Assembly: GCA_964016885.1 (NCBI GenBank)
Contig: OZ024742.1
Span: 256,122,001-256,186,000 of the forward strand
DNA length: 64,000 bases
Direction: 5' to 3'
DNA from: Eledone cirrhosa
Lineage: Eukaryota
Within the stretch, counting starts at the first letter, position 1, and the number at the start of each line of letters is the position of its first letter. Position numbers and translations under genes: made by a program. Positions 27,135 through 41,017 of the stretch are shown here, piece after piece. A model generated the notes under the pieces. The model worked only from the letters and a program-made list of their open reading frames with translations. It had not been told where the DNA came from and made no database searches.

Positions 27135-27238
27135 GTGGTTAACTTTTCCTTTCATCATTACGGGTCGATAAAATAAAGTACTAGTTTAAATACTGTATTA
27201 ATTGCTGGCCTTGTGCTAAAAAGTAGAAACAATTATTA
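27135..27238 (+). mobile_element. 5'-truncated SINE copy
   Basis: gttaacttttcctttcatcattacgggtcgataaaataaagtact...ggccttgtgctaaaaagtagaaacaatt. Confidence 0.8.
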
Positions 27239-27762
27239 TCTATGTGGATGAATATTCTACAGACACGTCTAACGCTTAACCAAATTTTTAGAGTGATTAA
27301 GCTTACAGTATATACAGGCACACTACAATGCTATTCGAAACTGATTTAGTTTACTCGGTTTCAACTACAACGCTTTACTGTTTACGTAAAATGCGCACCT
27401 GTCTGTAGAAAGCTTGGACACATAGACATTAATTTAATGTACAAGCTGCTCCGTTGAGCAAATAACAGGAATAAGTCTCGAAAGAATGTTGGTTATTTTA
27501 TTTATTTATATTTATAATATAATTTTGAATACGAGAATTGACAGAAATAGAGGAAGAATAACATTAATTTTCTTGATATTTCACTTATATTAATTAAAAT
27601 ATTATATGTTTAATCATAGTAATAACATTAAAAGCATATTTATAAATATCTCCGATCAAACGGGTCATCTATTTCTAGGAGCTACTAGCTGAAAACACAA
27701 ATATTTACTTATGCTTATATGAATGTGTATATATGCATATACAGACATACGTACATATATAC

Positions 27763-27866
<104 letters not shown>

Positions 27867-27873
27867 GGGGGGG

Positions 27874-27907
<34 letters not shown>

Positions 27908-28300
27908 TGAGCGTTGGTTGAGCGAGTATTTTACAAACGACTTGAGACGCAAGAGTTTGGTATATTTATAGTACTGTTCAACTAAAACTTAATAATTGTT
28001 TAATAAATGTCTGTATGAATGCGTTTGAGAGGGAGAGAAAATAAATGAGAGAGGAGAGAGAGAAAAATATATAATAAATATATACATATATAAAAGTGTA
28101 TGTATCAGTAAAAATCTCTCCAAAAATCTCTAAACGTTGAAAGGTCAATGAATCGTGACAATTAAAAGAGCAAAGTTGTTAATATGGAAATGACGAAATC
28201 CAATATGTATATATGTAAATATGTATGTATGTAATACATACATATAAGTAACACTTGTTTGTATACACATGCATACGCACACATGGTCTAGAATCTAGAC

Positions 28301-28516
28301 CATGTTAATAAACTGCTTGTTTTTTTTTATTACTTTTTTATATGTTTTGATATTGTATTATTTGCTAACATAATAAATAGAAGATAAACAAATGGTCAAC
28401 TTTTATTATATATATCGTTTCCGGTATAAATTAATATTACTACGAAATATTAACGGTACGTGGCACGTTGAAGAAAAGATGCCGGTCCGCCACATCAGAT
28501 AGTTTGAGAAGCACTG
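28301..28516. mobile_element. Probable hAT (Charlie-like) MITE relic
   Basis: The right end agtttgagaagcactg is the reverse complement of CAGTGCTTCTCAAACT. A TCTAGA-containing target-like site lies on both sides. The left TIR is degenerate. Confidence 0.45.
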
Positions 28517-29109
28517 GTCTAGATGGTAAAGTTGTTAATTTGGAAATAAAGAAAGTCTATGTCTATATGTAAATATATATGAAATGCATTTTTACGTATA
28601 GAGACACTTGTTTATATATAAATGCATATACACAGAGGTGGCTTAGTTTTGTTGGTGTAGATTATTACGCAATGGGGTCGTAGTCGCTTCAGACAATACT
28701 GGTTTAATGCCTATTCGTATAAAGAAACTAGACAATTTGACGGCTCCAACTCGAAAAATCTCCCCCATTATCATATTTAGAGTGAGTCAGGGATTGGGAA
28801 TATGGATGATGTATGAGGTAGAGATTATGGAGGATATCCTAGTCCTAATATAGACATCTAGTCCATGATTGGCTTTGTTTTTATGAGTGTATTAATTGCG
28901 AGTTTCGAATTCGATGATCTTAACCACGAGAAGCCTACTTTATTGTGACTTTGTTTTCTGAATGTATTATTTAATTGTAGGGCATTCTATAATTATTTGC
29001 TTTTGTTCTAGATATATCTACGTTGAGATGTATGTATTAGACAGTCCTACTTGATTATTTGTCCACAGACAAAGAAACAAACACACACACATACATACAC
29101 ACACATACA

Positions 29110-29150
<41 letters not shown>

Positions 29151-30545
29151 ACTCACACACACACGCAAACACATATATATATATATATTATATTTACGAA
29201 CACATAAACAAGATGAAAGAATGATCTGTACACAAACAGATCTATTCATTATTTATCATGAAAGTTTCACATAATGTTCCACATTTATTCAAAGCATTCA
29301 TGTCATCTAATCTCAACTGCTGTCAACTCATCTCAGTAGCCTCTCAATATCATCTTATTTGGTCTCAATATGATCACTTCTTATATCATCCAATCTCATC
29401 TCATCTCCTACTACCGCATGTCATAACAGCTTGTCTTCCCATCGAACCACAAAAATAACCTCATCCCAGGTGTCTGGACCCATTTGGCTGTTCGTGTTTC
29501 TGATATAGTTTACATACATTCATCCATTGGAAGTATATCAATAAAATTAATGCTTTCTTTCCAAAAGTGTACATGACCATGCCTTACGTTCCATAATACC
29601 CAGATTAAGTCAATTTTCTCTTTAATATTGCAGACCAACATAAAGTTCTGTATTGATTGTGTTATTTCCATCTGGTACTATGAATCATCAATAACATGCA
29701 GTAACACGTTTCGTTTAATTGGTTCTGAAGTTTCTGTTTGAGTACCCATGATGAGACTCTCTTTCGCAATAGTTGATACTCTCTTGTAACTCTCAAAGGA
29801 AAATAATAAATCCATTTAGGAGATAATTAGACTCAATCAACTTAAGTAGTTGAAATGGTATCTTCGTGAAAGTAAATAAAACAGCATTATTCTTCACATC
29901 CTCTATCATATAATTTTATTGTTTTACTCTTTCCCGTTTTACTAAATAGGGCATCACTATGATTTATTTTATAATATCGACCTCACTTGTTATTTCTCAA
30001 TTTTGAGATTTATTTTATTGAACCACTTCTGTTGAAACACAAGGCGTAAATACAGACACAGACAAACATTGACACTGGCACACACATACACACACACAAA
30101 TATACATAATATATCTACATATACATGTAATTTTCATGGAGATTCAGTGTGAAACTGTGACAATGGCAGTTGTTTTTAAATTGGGACTTCCAAAGAGAAA
30201 TGTTCTAGCCAATTTCAATAACATGTCTATTGTAAATGGAACTCGCCCACCATGTTATGCAGTAGCATTGATTTCCAATCGAGTCTCTTACTATTTCAGC
30301 CATACACTGATATTTAGAGATAGTAGTATTTAGAGTTAGACATATTTAGAGACAGGAGAATTTTATCCAACCGTAAATCAATCACTAAATCAGGAAGTAT
30401 AATCACACGTTAATACGTTTATTTGAATTTGTGAATCCGATATTAAGACTATCATAAATCCAGAGAAATCTCTTCTGTCGTCTATTGATAGACTACATGC
30501 TGAATGATTATCTGAAACATACTGATTATATATATATATATATAT

Positions 30546-30632
<87 letters not shown>

Positions 30633-30853
30633 GATTGATATATAAATATATAATCAGTGTATATATATATATATATGTGTGTAGATAAATCTACCAAAAT
30701 GTACGGTAGTGTCCAATCCGTATGAAGAACTCAATGTAATCCGAATATCAGGAAAAGAGAATATGTATTGAAACATTTTTTTTTCCGATGAAAAATACAG
30801 GAAAACAGAGTCAAGATAAATTAATAAAAAAATAATGAATAAAAACAAAGAAA

Positions 30854-30987
30854 CATCATTTTACGATCGTTTCTAGGATATATATGTTTGTGTTGGTATG
30901 TATATCATATAGATCTATGTACATTTTTTACAAACTATCAGGGAATATACATACCTACACATATATATGCTGTCTTCAGAAATAATG
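30854..30987 (-). ncRNA. Type I hammerhead ribozyme motif with 99-nt stem II hairpin
   Basis: Minus strand reads cattattt-CTGAAGA-cagcatatatatg tgt a ggtatgtatat...atatacatacc a aca caaa catatatat ccta-GAAA-cgatcg-TA-aaatgatg. Stem I is 8 bp, stem III is the palindrome CGATCG, and the triplet is GUA. Confidence 0.82.
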
Positions 30988-31733
30988 ATATTTGTTTATT
31001 GAAAAAAACCAACAAATATTTAATATATTAGGTCTGTTTGGGAACAGGTTTTGAATTGACCAACAGGTAGTAAATGGTCAAGATGGTAGAATATTAGTAA
31101 TAGAACTTTAATTTAGGGGTAGAGGAAAGCAGATTTCAGTTTTGAATGGAAAGAGTATGATGAATGAAAAGATTATATTAGGGATGAAAATAGGTCAAGT
31201 CGGTAAAAAGTACACGAAGAATTGATGTTATAAAAGAATAATGCTAATGTAAATATCTAAGGAGAATACAATTTTACGATAAATGTGTTAGTGAAAAATA
31301 TCAAACTTATTTAAAATATAGGGAATTTACATCTATAAAAAGAAAATAAATTAATTAAATTGATAGATATATTTATATTGATAAATTTATATTAATTCAT
31401 ATAGATATGATAAATAAGAGTTAGATGTAATTGAAGAGTGCTGTTAAAAACGAAGGGAAAATAAAAAAAGTAATAATAATAAGTATTGGGGGGGGGGGGG
31501 TAAATTTATTAGTGAGAAATAACAAATTTATATAGATTATAAGGAACATAGAATCATAACCTGAAATTAAAATAGTTTATATGTATACTTATTGGTATAA
31601 ATTTTAGGAAAAGGTGGCTGTAAAAGGGAAATAAAATTATGCAGTTCATTAGTAGTAGAATATTAATTATAGGTTAACTAATTTAAAAAAAGTGTTATTA
31701 TAATAATTTGTAAAGTGTATATTAATTAGGTTT

Positions 31734-33140
31734 CTAATATTTAAAAGTTCTTCTCACTTTATGATTAGATGATATAATTAATTCCTGTCGTTTATTTAAT
31801 AGGATATCCTTAGATTTCATTATTTCAAAAAGTTCCTGGGAACATAATCTACATTCATATCTATTATTTTGATAAGGGGTGGCCCTTTTGAGCACACTCC
31901 AGGTCAGGTTATAATCTATATTCCTCTTTCTATAATTATTAATTATTTCAGCTAAAGATGTATTAGCTAATGCGGAATTTTTAAAACTGTGTTTGTTGGT
32001 ATTAAATCTTACTTTAAATTGGTAAGAAGTAGCTCCTATATATGAATAAGTTGAGTCCTTAGTGTTAACTTTACATTTATATACTATATTATTAATAAGG
32101 CAGTTCCCTTTTAATGGGCAATTTGCTTTGTTTCTACAGTTACAACCTTTCGTGAATGTTGTATCAGAGGAGATAGTCAAATTAGGTGTGGAATTTTCAC
32201 GACTTGTTGTATATGAATGAGATGGTGGTTTGCTGTGGATTATTTTAGTATTATGGTTAGTTTGATGTATTGGTGGTATATGATTGTTTTTTTTACATTT
32301 ATATGCATTATAGGCACTTATATTTTGTTGTATATTTTTGGTTGTTGAGTAGGAGAATTTAACCGTTGATCTATTTAAAATTTGATGGTATTTGTGGTTT
32401 GGCGGGAAGTTTTTCTCGAGGATAGTAAAAACATTTTTAGGGATATTATCTTTAATTTGTAGATTAAATGGAGCATTATACCAAGTAACACGTCTATTAC
32501 GGTTTCGATGTTGTTTATTATTTTTATAGGATGTATCCTGATGTTTATTAAGAGAATTATTGTTAATGATTTCATTACACATATTTTTAGTTAGATTCAT
32601 TGATTTAGGTATTTTAGCCTGTTTACTAGGAATTTTATTATTAACATATATTGGAGTATTAGGATGAATAGGTTTTTGAATGTTACTATATTGTATATTA
32701 GAAGAGTTAGAGAAATTAAGTTTTATGTTGTTATTTTTGGGTATAGTGTGAGTGGCATTTAGGTGTGTATATTTCATTTGGTGTTTGTTGGTAATATTGG
32801 GTTGTATGTTTGTAGTGTTATTGTTACAAGGTATATATACTAATTTGTTTTTGTGGCCACTCATAGCTAAAGCTTTGTTATAAAAGGTCGCATTTTTATC
32901 AAATACATCCTGGTTAGACGAAAGGTTAGAAATTCTGAGTGAGATATTATATGCTAGGTTTTTAAGGATAGATTTAGGGTGATTAGATTGTGAGTGTATG
33001 TAATGTAAGTTTTGGTTAGGTTTATGGTAAGGTTGGTAGATACCCGTAGATAAGTCTAATGTTATATCAAGGAAATTAACTACTTTACTTGTGTTTTCAA
33101 ATGTAATATCTAGACTATAATAGTGTTTGAGGAAAGTTCT
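31734..33140 (-). pseudogene. Longest open segment of the PLE polyprotein (RT thumb, Asn/Ile-rich linker, GIY-YIG)
   Basis: The 376-aa ORF at 31734-32864 extends in frame upstream to about 33140. The RT core is frameshifted and interrupted by a SINE. Confidence 0.85.
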
Positions 33141-33404
33141 AATAAGATTTTATTTTTTTCAATTTCTGATAGGCTAAGGAAAGAAGAAGACAGTCGTCAC
33201 GATATAAATCACCTTTCAGGTGGGGAAAAGAAGCATTTATGTTAAACAGAAGAAAGATGCCCACAAGATCGGTAATTTGGGCAGAATCACTTGAGCCCAT
33301 AGTAATGTCGAATAGATTACTATATGTGTTTCTGGTCCAGTATTCTTTTTGAAATTCCAGTAGTGTTTGTCTAGCATGTGTGATAATATTAATGTCATCC
33401 ATAG

Positions 33405-33600
33405 GGACATCCAAGGGCAGTGGATTTGCAGTATCAGTAGAGAGTCGGACGCCATGCTTTCCAGCATAGTTACGTCCCTTTACGGTCTGAGTTCAAATCC
33501 CGCCGAGGTTAACTTTGCCTTTCATCCTTACGGGGTCGATAAAATAAAGTACCAGTAATGTACTGGGTAATTGCTGGCCTTGTGCCAAAAAGTAGAAACA
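33405..33600 (+). mobile_element. tRNA-derived SINE inserted into the PLE RT, with 17-bp TSD
   Basis: Same family as 8549-8740. TSD attaatgtcatccatag at 33388-33404 and 33601-33617. Confidence 0.93.
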
Positions 33601-33962
33601 ATTAATGTCATCCATAGTTAAGTTTGATCTATTTTTGGCAAATATCAAGGCTTTGTTCAGGAGTATAGGTAATATAGAGGAATAATAATTATCTATATCG
33701 AATTGTAGAAATGAAGCAGAAGATTTATTTCTAATATTAGTAAACCAGTTAATTACCTGGGATGTGTTTTCCCAGAGTGGTAAATTAACATGTTTTCTTA
33801 ATTGTGGGATGACTCTATCTAAAATTAGTTTACTAATGATGCCGACATACCAACACAAACATATATATCCTAGAAACGATCGTAAAATGATGAATTTTTT
33901 AATATAAGGAACTGTTTCTTTGTTTTTATTCAGTATTTTTTTAATTAATTTATCATGACTCT

Positions 33963-34044
<82 letters not shown>

Positions 34045-36300
34045 TTGATGACGAATAATATAATATCCGGTAATGGGAATGAAAGTTGAGGAGGAACGAT
34101 GGGGAGTGGATTATGCAGAATTATTGGTCTGGTTATTTTGATATGACATTTAAAGTCTCCCCTCTCTCCTTGTTGACTAAGAAAGTGGTTTTATTATGTT
34201 TGATAATATGAATGCTCACGAACTGGGTATATTGAAAATAGTGACATCAATACACTTAAAGATTTAGAAAAAAATCATAGGTTTATCTACTTCCTGGACA
34301 TCACTTTTCACTTTTGTTACACTATTTCTAATAACAATGCGTATAATTTGGGAAATATTTTGAAAGAAATCAATAATTTGCAGGATTTAATAAAGTAAAT
34401 AAATTTTCAATTATTAAACTATTGTGATGGAGAGTTTTAGATGAATATAAATAATTATAAAAAAAATGTTTTGAACCATAAAATCAAAGCTGCTTTCAAA
34501 CAGTTTAGTATCATTTAATAATGTATACGCCTCATATCAATGCTTGCTGGGCTCTTAAATTCTGACAAGTGCTGATTTTTACCTGCTAGACTAGACCAGG
34601 AGTATCGATTCTCACACGAGGATGGCATACGGTGCTGTGGAATGAATTACCCTAGGTTAGGAGATCCTACATGTTAGCAACACAAGAAACAATATAGAAG
34701 CTACTGGCTTTCTTAAATCTTAATACCATGTACTTACCGAAACAGTATAAGACATTAACAAAATTACAAAACAACACACACTCCATCACATTAAACATTG
34801 TAGACCTTACTCTAATACAACTACTTTTCGAAGCAACCTATCCTCTAGTAAACATACTATAAACCTTCGAATTAAGAAAAAACTATATGACGCGATATAA
34901 GCAAAACTTTCCTGAAAATAATATAATAGCACTATGACGGAAGTGCGTTACAACTAGATATTACTCTCATTCTGCAAATATTAATAAAAAAAATATGTCT
35001 AATAGTAAAATTACTATAAACAATTTAATTAACAAACCTGTTTTTATATGTTTTCTTCTAAGTCATTACAGAACACTGAGAATTGATTCCCAACTTTGCA
35101 TGTGTAACATTTATGTAAAAGAAGGATTGCACTGCAAATTTAATCCAGGCATTAGTAAACATTTATATTACTTTTTTTAATATTGTTATATTTGAGGAGG
35201 GTCATTTTGTCCTAATATTACCAGAAAAATAGTAAAACACACTCACATTTTGGTTTGGCTTCGCTTAGACAAATTAGGAGGAGTACAGAAATAGAATTAT
35301 GAAAAAATAGGCTGAACAGAAAACATCAATGAAATAACAACAACCATACACAGACACACACTAGTGATCTAAAATAGTCTATAAATATACACAGATGCAA
35401 TAACAACACCAAAGCAAACAGTGAGTCTCTTTTAAAATTTTCTAGCCAAATTAAGACAACAATAACTGTTTCAACAAACGATTTCATAACAGAATCCTTG
35501 CCAAATGAATACATCGCCATTATTTCTTAAAAATATTTTCTTCTAAATGATTACTGAATAAGAAGAGTTGAAGCCCTTCAAGTACATTTTCCTTTTTGTC
35601 ATTTTTAGCAATTTTTGAAAGTCTGGATTATTTGAAAGTTGACAAATTCTAACTACCAAATACGTTTTATACAGAAAAAAAGGAAACTTTAGATTTACCA
35701 TAATGTTTCTATACAGGTGGCGCATTGGCAAAGTCATAGGAGCATGGGATTAAATGCAGTAGGAATGATAAATAAAGTGTCTGTCCAGGGGACGGTTGAT
35801 TCGTGGAATTGTTAAAAAAAAAATCGAAGATAATTTGAATTCTGAGTTGATATCCCGTATCATTCTGCCCGATGTTGAGACCAACAGATAGTATGAACAA
35901 TAATAAAACCTAGTTACCTTGAGCAGGTCCACACATCGGTTCCTTTCATTTCTCAATATTGAAATATAATGATTTCCCTATACTTTTTCCTCAACGTCTG
36001 TTGTCGTTTCCAATAAATTATTCAGGATGTAAATTTAACAATCATTTTACGCAGATTTACCTACCATTTTAACTAACGTTTAACTCATGAATATAACTAA
36101 TCCACTATATCAAACTCAGAGTTAGCCACCATCTTACCCAGTTTTACCAACGATTTCAAATTACCCGTAATTTTACACATCATGTTAATCTTAGAGGTGT
36201 GGTGCATACGATTTTAATTTTCTCGCAATTTTACACACAATTTATATATAATTATAATTTATTCTAAATTTTAACCAACATTTTATTATACCCAAACTTT

Positions 36301-36480
36301 GGCAGTATCGGTAGAGGGTTGGATGCCATGCTTTGCAGCATGGAGTTATGGCCCTTTACGGTATGAGTTCAAATCCCGCCAAGGTTAACATTACCTTTCA
36401 TCCGCACGGGTTCGATAAAATAAAGTACTAGTAATGCAATGGGATAATTGCTGGCCTTGTGCCAAAAGTAGAAACTATTG
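36301..36480 (+). mobile_element. tRNA-derived SINE
   Basis: ggcagtatcggtagaggg...gagttcaaatcccgcc...gataaaataaagtact...ggccttgtgccaaaagtagaaac. Confidence 0.9.
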
Positions 36481-36924
36481 TTTCCGCATTCAGAATGTTC
36501 TTCCTCCTCATCATTACTTCCTGCTTGGGCATCCCTGATCTATTGTTTGCTCCTTCAATACATTATTATTATAGCAACAATGGATCCACACATTATTTTC
36601 TGAAAGAATATATATAAATACACTCACTCACACAGACGCAGACACACACACAAACTTATCTATATATATGTGTATGCTGTCTCCACAATATGCTCTGGTT
36701 TTCAAATAAATTCATTCTATCTTAGTGTTTCCTAACTTCTCTTCCATACTCATCTAATTTCTAATGAAGACCTAACATACGATATGTTGAGACACGTCTT
36801 TCACCCTTTCACACAAGCGTCAATCTAATAAATATTTTTGTAAATGGTTGTCCGTGTTTGTTTTCATTGTCTAGTTTATACTGCATGCATGTGTGTTCAC
36901 GCGTATTAATGTGATTCTTTGTAT

Positions 36925-37005
<81 letters not shown>

Positions 37006-37080
37006 CGTGGTATAAATCCGAGCGCGGTTTCGGGCGATTTCTCGGTGTTTCTTCAGTATATGTATATATATATATATGTT

Positions 37081-37159
<79 letters not shown>

Positions 37160-37262
37160 TTGTGTATATATATGTATATTTATGTATGTGTGTGAGTGTA
37201 TTTATATGTGTATATATGTGTGTGTGTGTGTATATATATGTATGTGTGTGTGTATGTATATA

Positions 37263-37332
<70 letters not shown>

Positions 37333-37916
37333 TATGTGTGTATGTATGTGTATGTATATAAATATATTTATATATATGTGTGTGTGTTTTTATGTGTGTA
37401 TATGTGTATGTGTATGTGTGTTTATGGTTGCGCGTGAGTGTGTGAGTGAGTATGTTTTTTTGTGAATGTGTCTGTTGATTTTTGGCATATAGTTGATTAG
37501 TTTAAGAGAAGTTCGAAGATAATTGTAAGATATGCACTCAGTATTTTGAATCTGTCTACAGAATTCTCTAAACCTTTGTCACTTAGTAGAACCTTAATGA
37601 TTTTAGCTTTTAAAAAATCTCCCTTTTCTTTAATTCTATCGACCATGACTGACCCCCCACTGATCTTATAGACACCTGTTAGCTTAAGGGAAACTTAATG
37701 ACAAGGAATGGTATGCCATCCGGAACCTGTTTATAGAATTCTGTCTGCCCTTGTTACTCTAAAAACATAAATAAATAAAAATAAACTATAGCTTTGTAGA
37801 ATTAGCTTTTAATGAATTCCCTTTTCTATCAACCAATAACCTACACCCATCCCACTCCCCACCCTCTCCTACCACTTGTAGAGACCTACAAATACCATTT
37901 TTATTTTTTGATACCC

Positions 37917-37967
37917 AGATTCCTGATGATTTCTAATGAATGAAACAGTTCTAGTCCTGTAGAATCT
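37917..37967 (+). ncRNA. Type I hammerhead ribozyme motif (non-palindromic stem III)
   Basis: agattc-CTGATGA-t ttc taat gaa t-GAAA-cag ttctagtc ctg-TA-gaatct. Stem I is 6 bp and the triplet is GUA. The downstream 90 bp is homologous to 19345-19453 (-) and 59229-59330 (+). Confidence 0.82.
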
Positions 37968-38050
37968 CATCTATATTAAAACTTTTATACTCTGCTATGT
38001 ATTGAGTACCTTACTTACTGTGGTTACCTCCGATTCAACCTGGAATAACG

Positions 38051-38082
<32 letters not shown>

Positions 38083-38088
38083 CATACA

Positions 38089-38167
<79 letters not shown>

Positions 38168-38189
38168 TAGAGAGAGATAAATAGATAGA

Positions 38190-38308
<119 letters not shown>

Positions 38309-38543
38309 CTATCAGTATGTATGCACACACACATGACATTCAAATATCAACAGTTTTTAAATATACATCTTTGATCATAACTACTTATTGGTGAAAAGAC
38401 ATTTAATTTTAAGAAAATTTGTAAGTTTACCTAATTAAGCTAATTGAATGCCAAGCTTATTAATTAATTAATGCCTTCATATTTTTGCTGTCATTTTATA
38501 TCTATTCTTTTTCAACATTTCTTTCATATGTCCTTGTATTCTT

Positions 38544-38605
<62 letters not shown>

Positions 38606-39129
38606 CACAAAATAGATGTATGTAAACTGGATTACATTTTTTAATCAATATATATTTTTAAATAAACCAATGACTTCTCTGCATACCAGTTCAATTATTT
38701 AATATATTTGCTGTCTCATCCTTAACATTATATATGGTAAACCGGCAAATGCCAGAGTCATTACAGCACTAGAGAGATGTTTGCTTTGTCCTATTTGTTT
38801 TGACTGTTTGCCTTTCTTCTTCATGAGGTCGATAAATAAAATATCTATCTAATATTAGGCTTCACCTTTCGTGATTCTCACTGACACTGTTTAATGTAGC
38901 AATCTGTTGGGCTCAGATCTAAAGACACGCGGTTTATCTGGACGTCATACTTACGAGCAATTCATCAGAGTTTCTTGGCTCTGTGTTTGTACACACACAC
39001 ACACGAGCACGCGCGCGCGCACACACACATGCACACGCACCTACAAACACATATACACACACACATATATATATACATATATACATATTATATATGTACA
39101 TATATATATTAGTTAAATATTAAGATATT

Positions 39130-40020
39130 TGAAAGACAAGGTATTCCCATAAAAACCCTAATTAGTAAAACACCTATTTCAAAGATCCCCCTGTGCTGAT
39201 AAGAAATGCATAAAGTGGAAGCTAAGCCCGCAAACTAACTTCAAATCTAGGAACGTAGTATATAGCATAAAATGCATTGATGGATAGTGTAGGAATAAGA
39301 ATATAACATACATAGGTGAAACAGCCCGTAGCATAGGCGAAAGTATAAGTGAACACTGACGTGAATGGGAAAATATCATCAGTTCTCCCCCAACATGCCA
39401 AATTAGAACATAGACGCATATTATAGAACATAGAGATAACATTATATCCACACACAGAAAAGATGCAATTCTCAGACAAATCACAGAGATGACAAACAGA
39501 AACGAACTCCAACCAAAATTAAAAAGGAAAAACATGAGTGGAACAGCAAAATCACAACTAGTAATTAAGGTCAAAAAGAAGACATCCAGACCATCATACA
39601 AACCAAACTACCAAAACAAATCAGACACACACAAATAGAACAAACATCCAACCAGTGACAAGTAAATAAGCACATAAATAAATAAATAAATAAAAGCACA
39701 CACACACACGAATGTAATGCATGCGGAAAGTAAGGGTACAATGTACAACACAGAAAACAAGATGGTGTAGGGCAGAACAAAGGAGGGACATGAAATAAAA
39801 AGCTAGTCACTGAGGAAGTCACAGAATATGTGATGAAGGAGTTTTAACAATATATAAACCACCATCCGGTTATCGAATCAACCAGCCAACCAGGAATTTA
39901 TAATAAACTGAACGTAAAACTAACATGTGCGTGTGTTTTTATTGGCAACATGACCCTGCCAAAGTATAAACATATCTGCTTCAACACACGTTTTCAGATA
40001 AGAAATTGTGCAAAACAAAT
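39130..40020 (+). mobile_element. PLE 3' fragment (GIY-YIG relic and 3' UTR)
   Basis: RNVVYSIKCIDG*CRNKNITYIGETARSIGESISEH*R. A degenerate HHR-like motif lies at about 39805-39848, and the tail is shared with the 42850-43165 family. Confidence 0.8.
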
Positions 40021-40049
40021 TCAAAAAAGAAACATTATATATAAAGAGT

Positions 40050-40230
40050 GGATTGGCAGTATCGGTAGAGGGTCGGACGCCATGCTTTGATACATAGAGT
40101 TACGGCCCTTGCCATTCTGAGTTCAAACCCCGCCGAGGTTGAGTTTGCCTTTCATCCTTACGGGGGTCGATAAAATAAAGTACCAGTAATGTACTGGTTA
40201 TTTGCTGCCCTTGTGCCTAATGTAGAAACA
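40050..40230 (+). mobile_element. tRNA-derived SINE with 16-bp TSD
   Basis: TSD attatatataaagagt at 40034-40049 and 40231-40246. Confidence 0.92.
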
Positions 40231-40491
40231 ATTATATATAAAGAGTAATGAAATTATGTGAGTACAGATTTACGTTTAAATAATTGTTTTGATTGCATGG
40301 CATATATTTGAATGGCATGGTTACCCAATGATTATTTCATTCAGTTTCCATGTGGCATCATTAAATGCTCATAAAATTATGAGGTGTCATTATGCAAGTA
40401 TGGAGATATGTCGCCATATTGCTTAAACCGGTTTATGCCCAGGTCGTTACGGTGTTACCACAATTGATAATCCCCATAATTATCTGCATTA

Positions 40492-40980
40492 TCTCCTTAT
40501 AATATATAACCAGCAATTTCTCTGTCTGTCTGTCCGACAGTGGAAACACGTGCGCGCGTGCGAATGTTTTTTGCGCACGCGTAGAGAGAGAGTGAGAGTG
40601 AAAGAAAGAAACAGACTACGAGAGGGGGATAGCGGGAGGGAGAGAGGGAGAGAGAGAGTGAATAGACGCTAAAACGCGTGCGCGCGTGCGAATGTTTTTT
40701 TGCGCACGCGTAGAGAGAGAGTGAGAGTGAAAGAAAGAGACAGACTACAAAAGGGGGATATCGGGAGGGAGAGAGGGAGGAATTGAGGAGTGCTGCAGAA
40801 ACATATATACATTTCTGTGTGTGTGTAATATATATATATACACACACAGAAATATATATATATATACACACAAAAATATATATACATTTCTGTGTGTGTA
40901 ATATATCTATATATATACATTTCTGTGTGTGTAATATATATATATACACACACAGAAATATATATACATTGCTGTGTGTG

Positions 40981-41017
<37 letters not shown>

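Larger units (their letters stand above)
30690..33966 (-). mobile_element. 5'-truncated PLE (Naiad-like): RT, thumb, GIY-YIG and 3' UTR, with an inverted pLTR copy at the 5' end
   Basis: RT motifs FLQFDIDNYYSSI, FDITMGSSDSAQITDLVG, LYRDD, FLDITL, YHKP...YIHSQSNHP; then WYNAPF, CNCRNKANCPLKGNCL, IVYKC...SYIG, CRLC...LNKRQE. 33847-33965 is an inverted copy of about 30805-30900. Confidence 0.93.

Noticed and set aside
31734-33858. Selenocysteine recoding (UGA plus SECIS) as known for some Naiad PLEs
   Set aside because: The conserved Cys positions are normal Cys codons, the long ORF has no in-frame TGA, and no SECIS was recognised by eye.
39340-39365. In-frame TGA in the GIY-YIG relic (EH*R) as possible selenocysteine
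   Set aside because: It is not at a Cys position, the same frame also has a TAG, and ordinary decay explains it.
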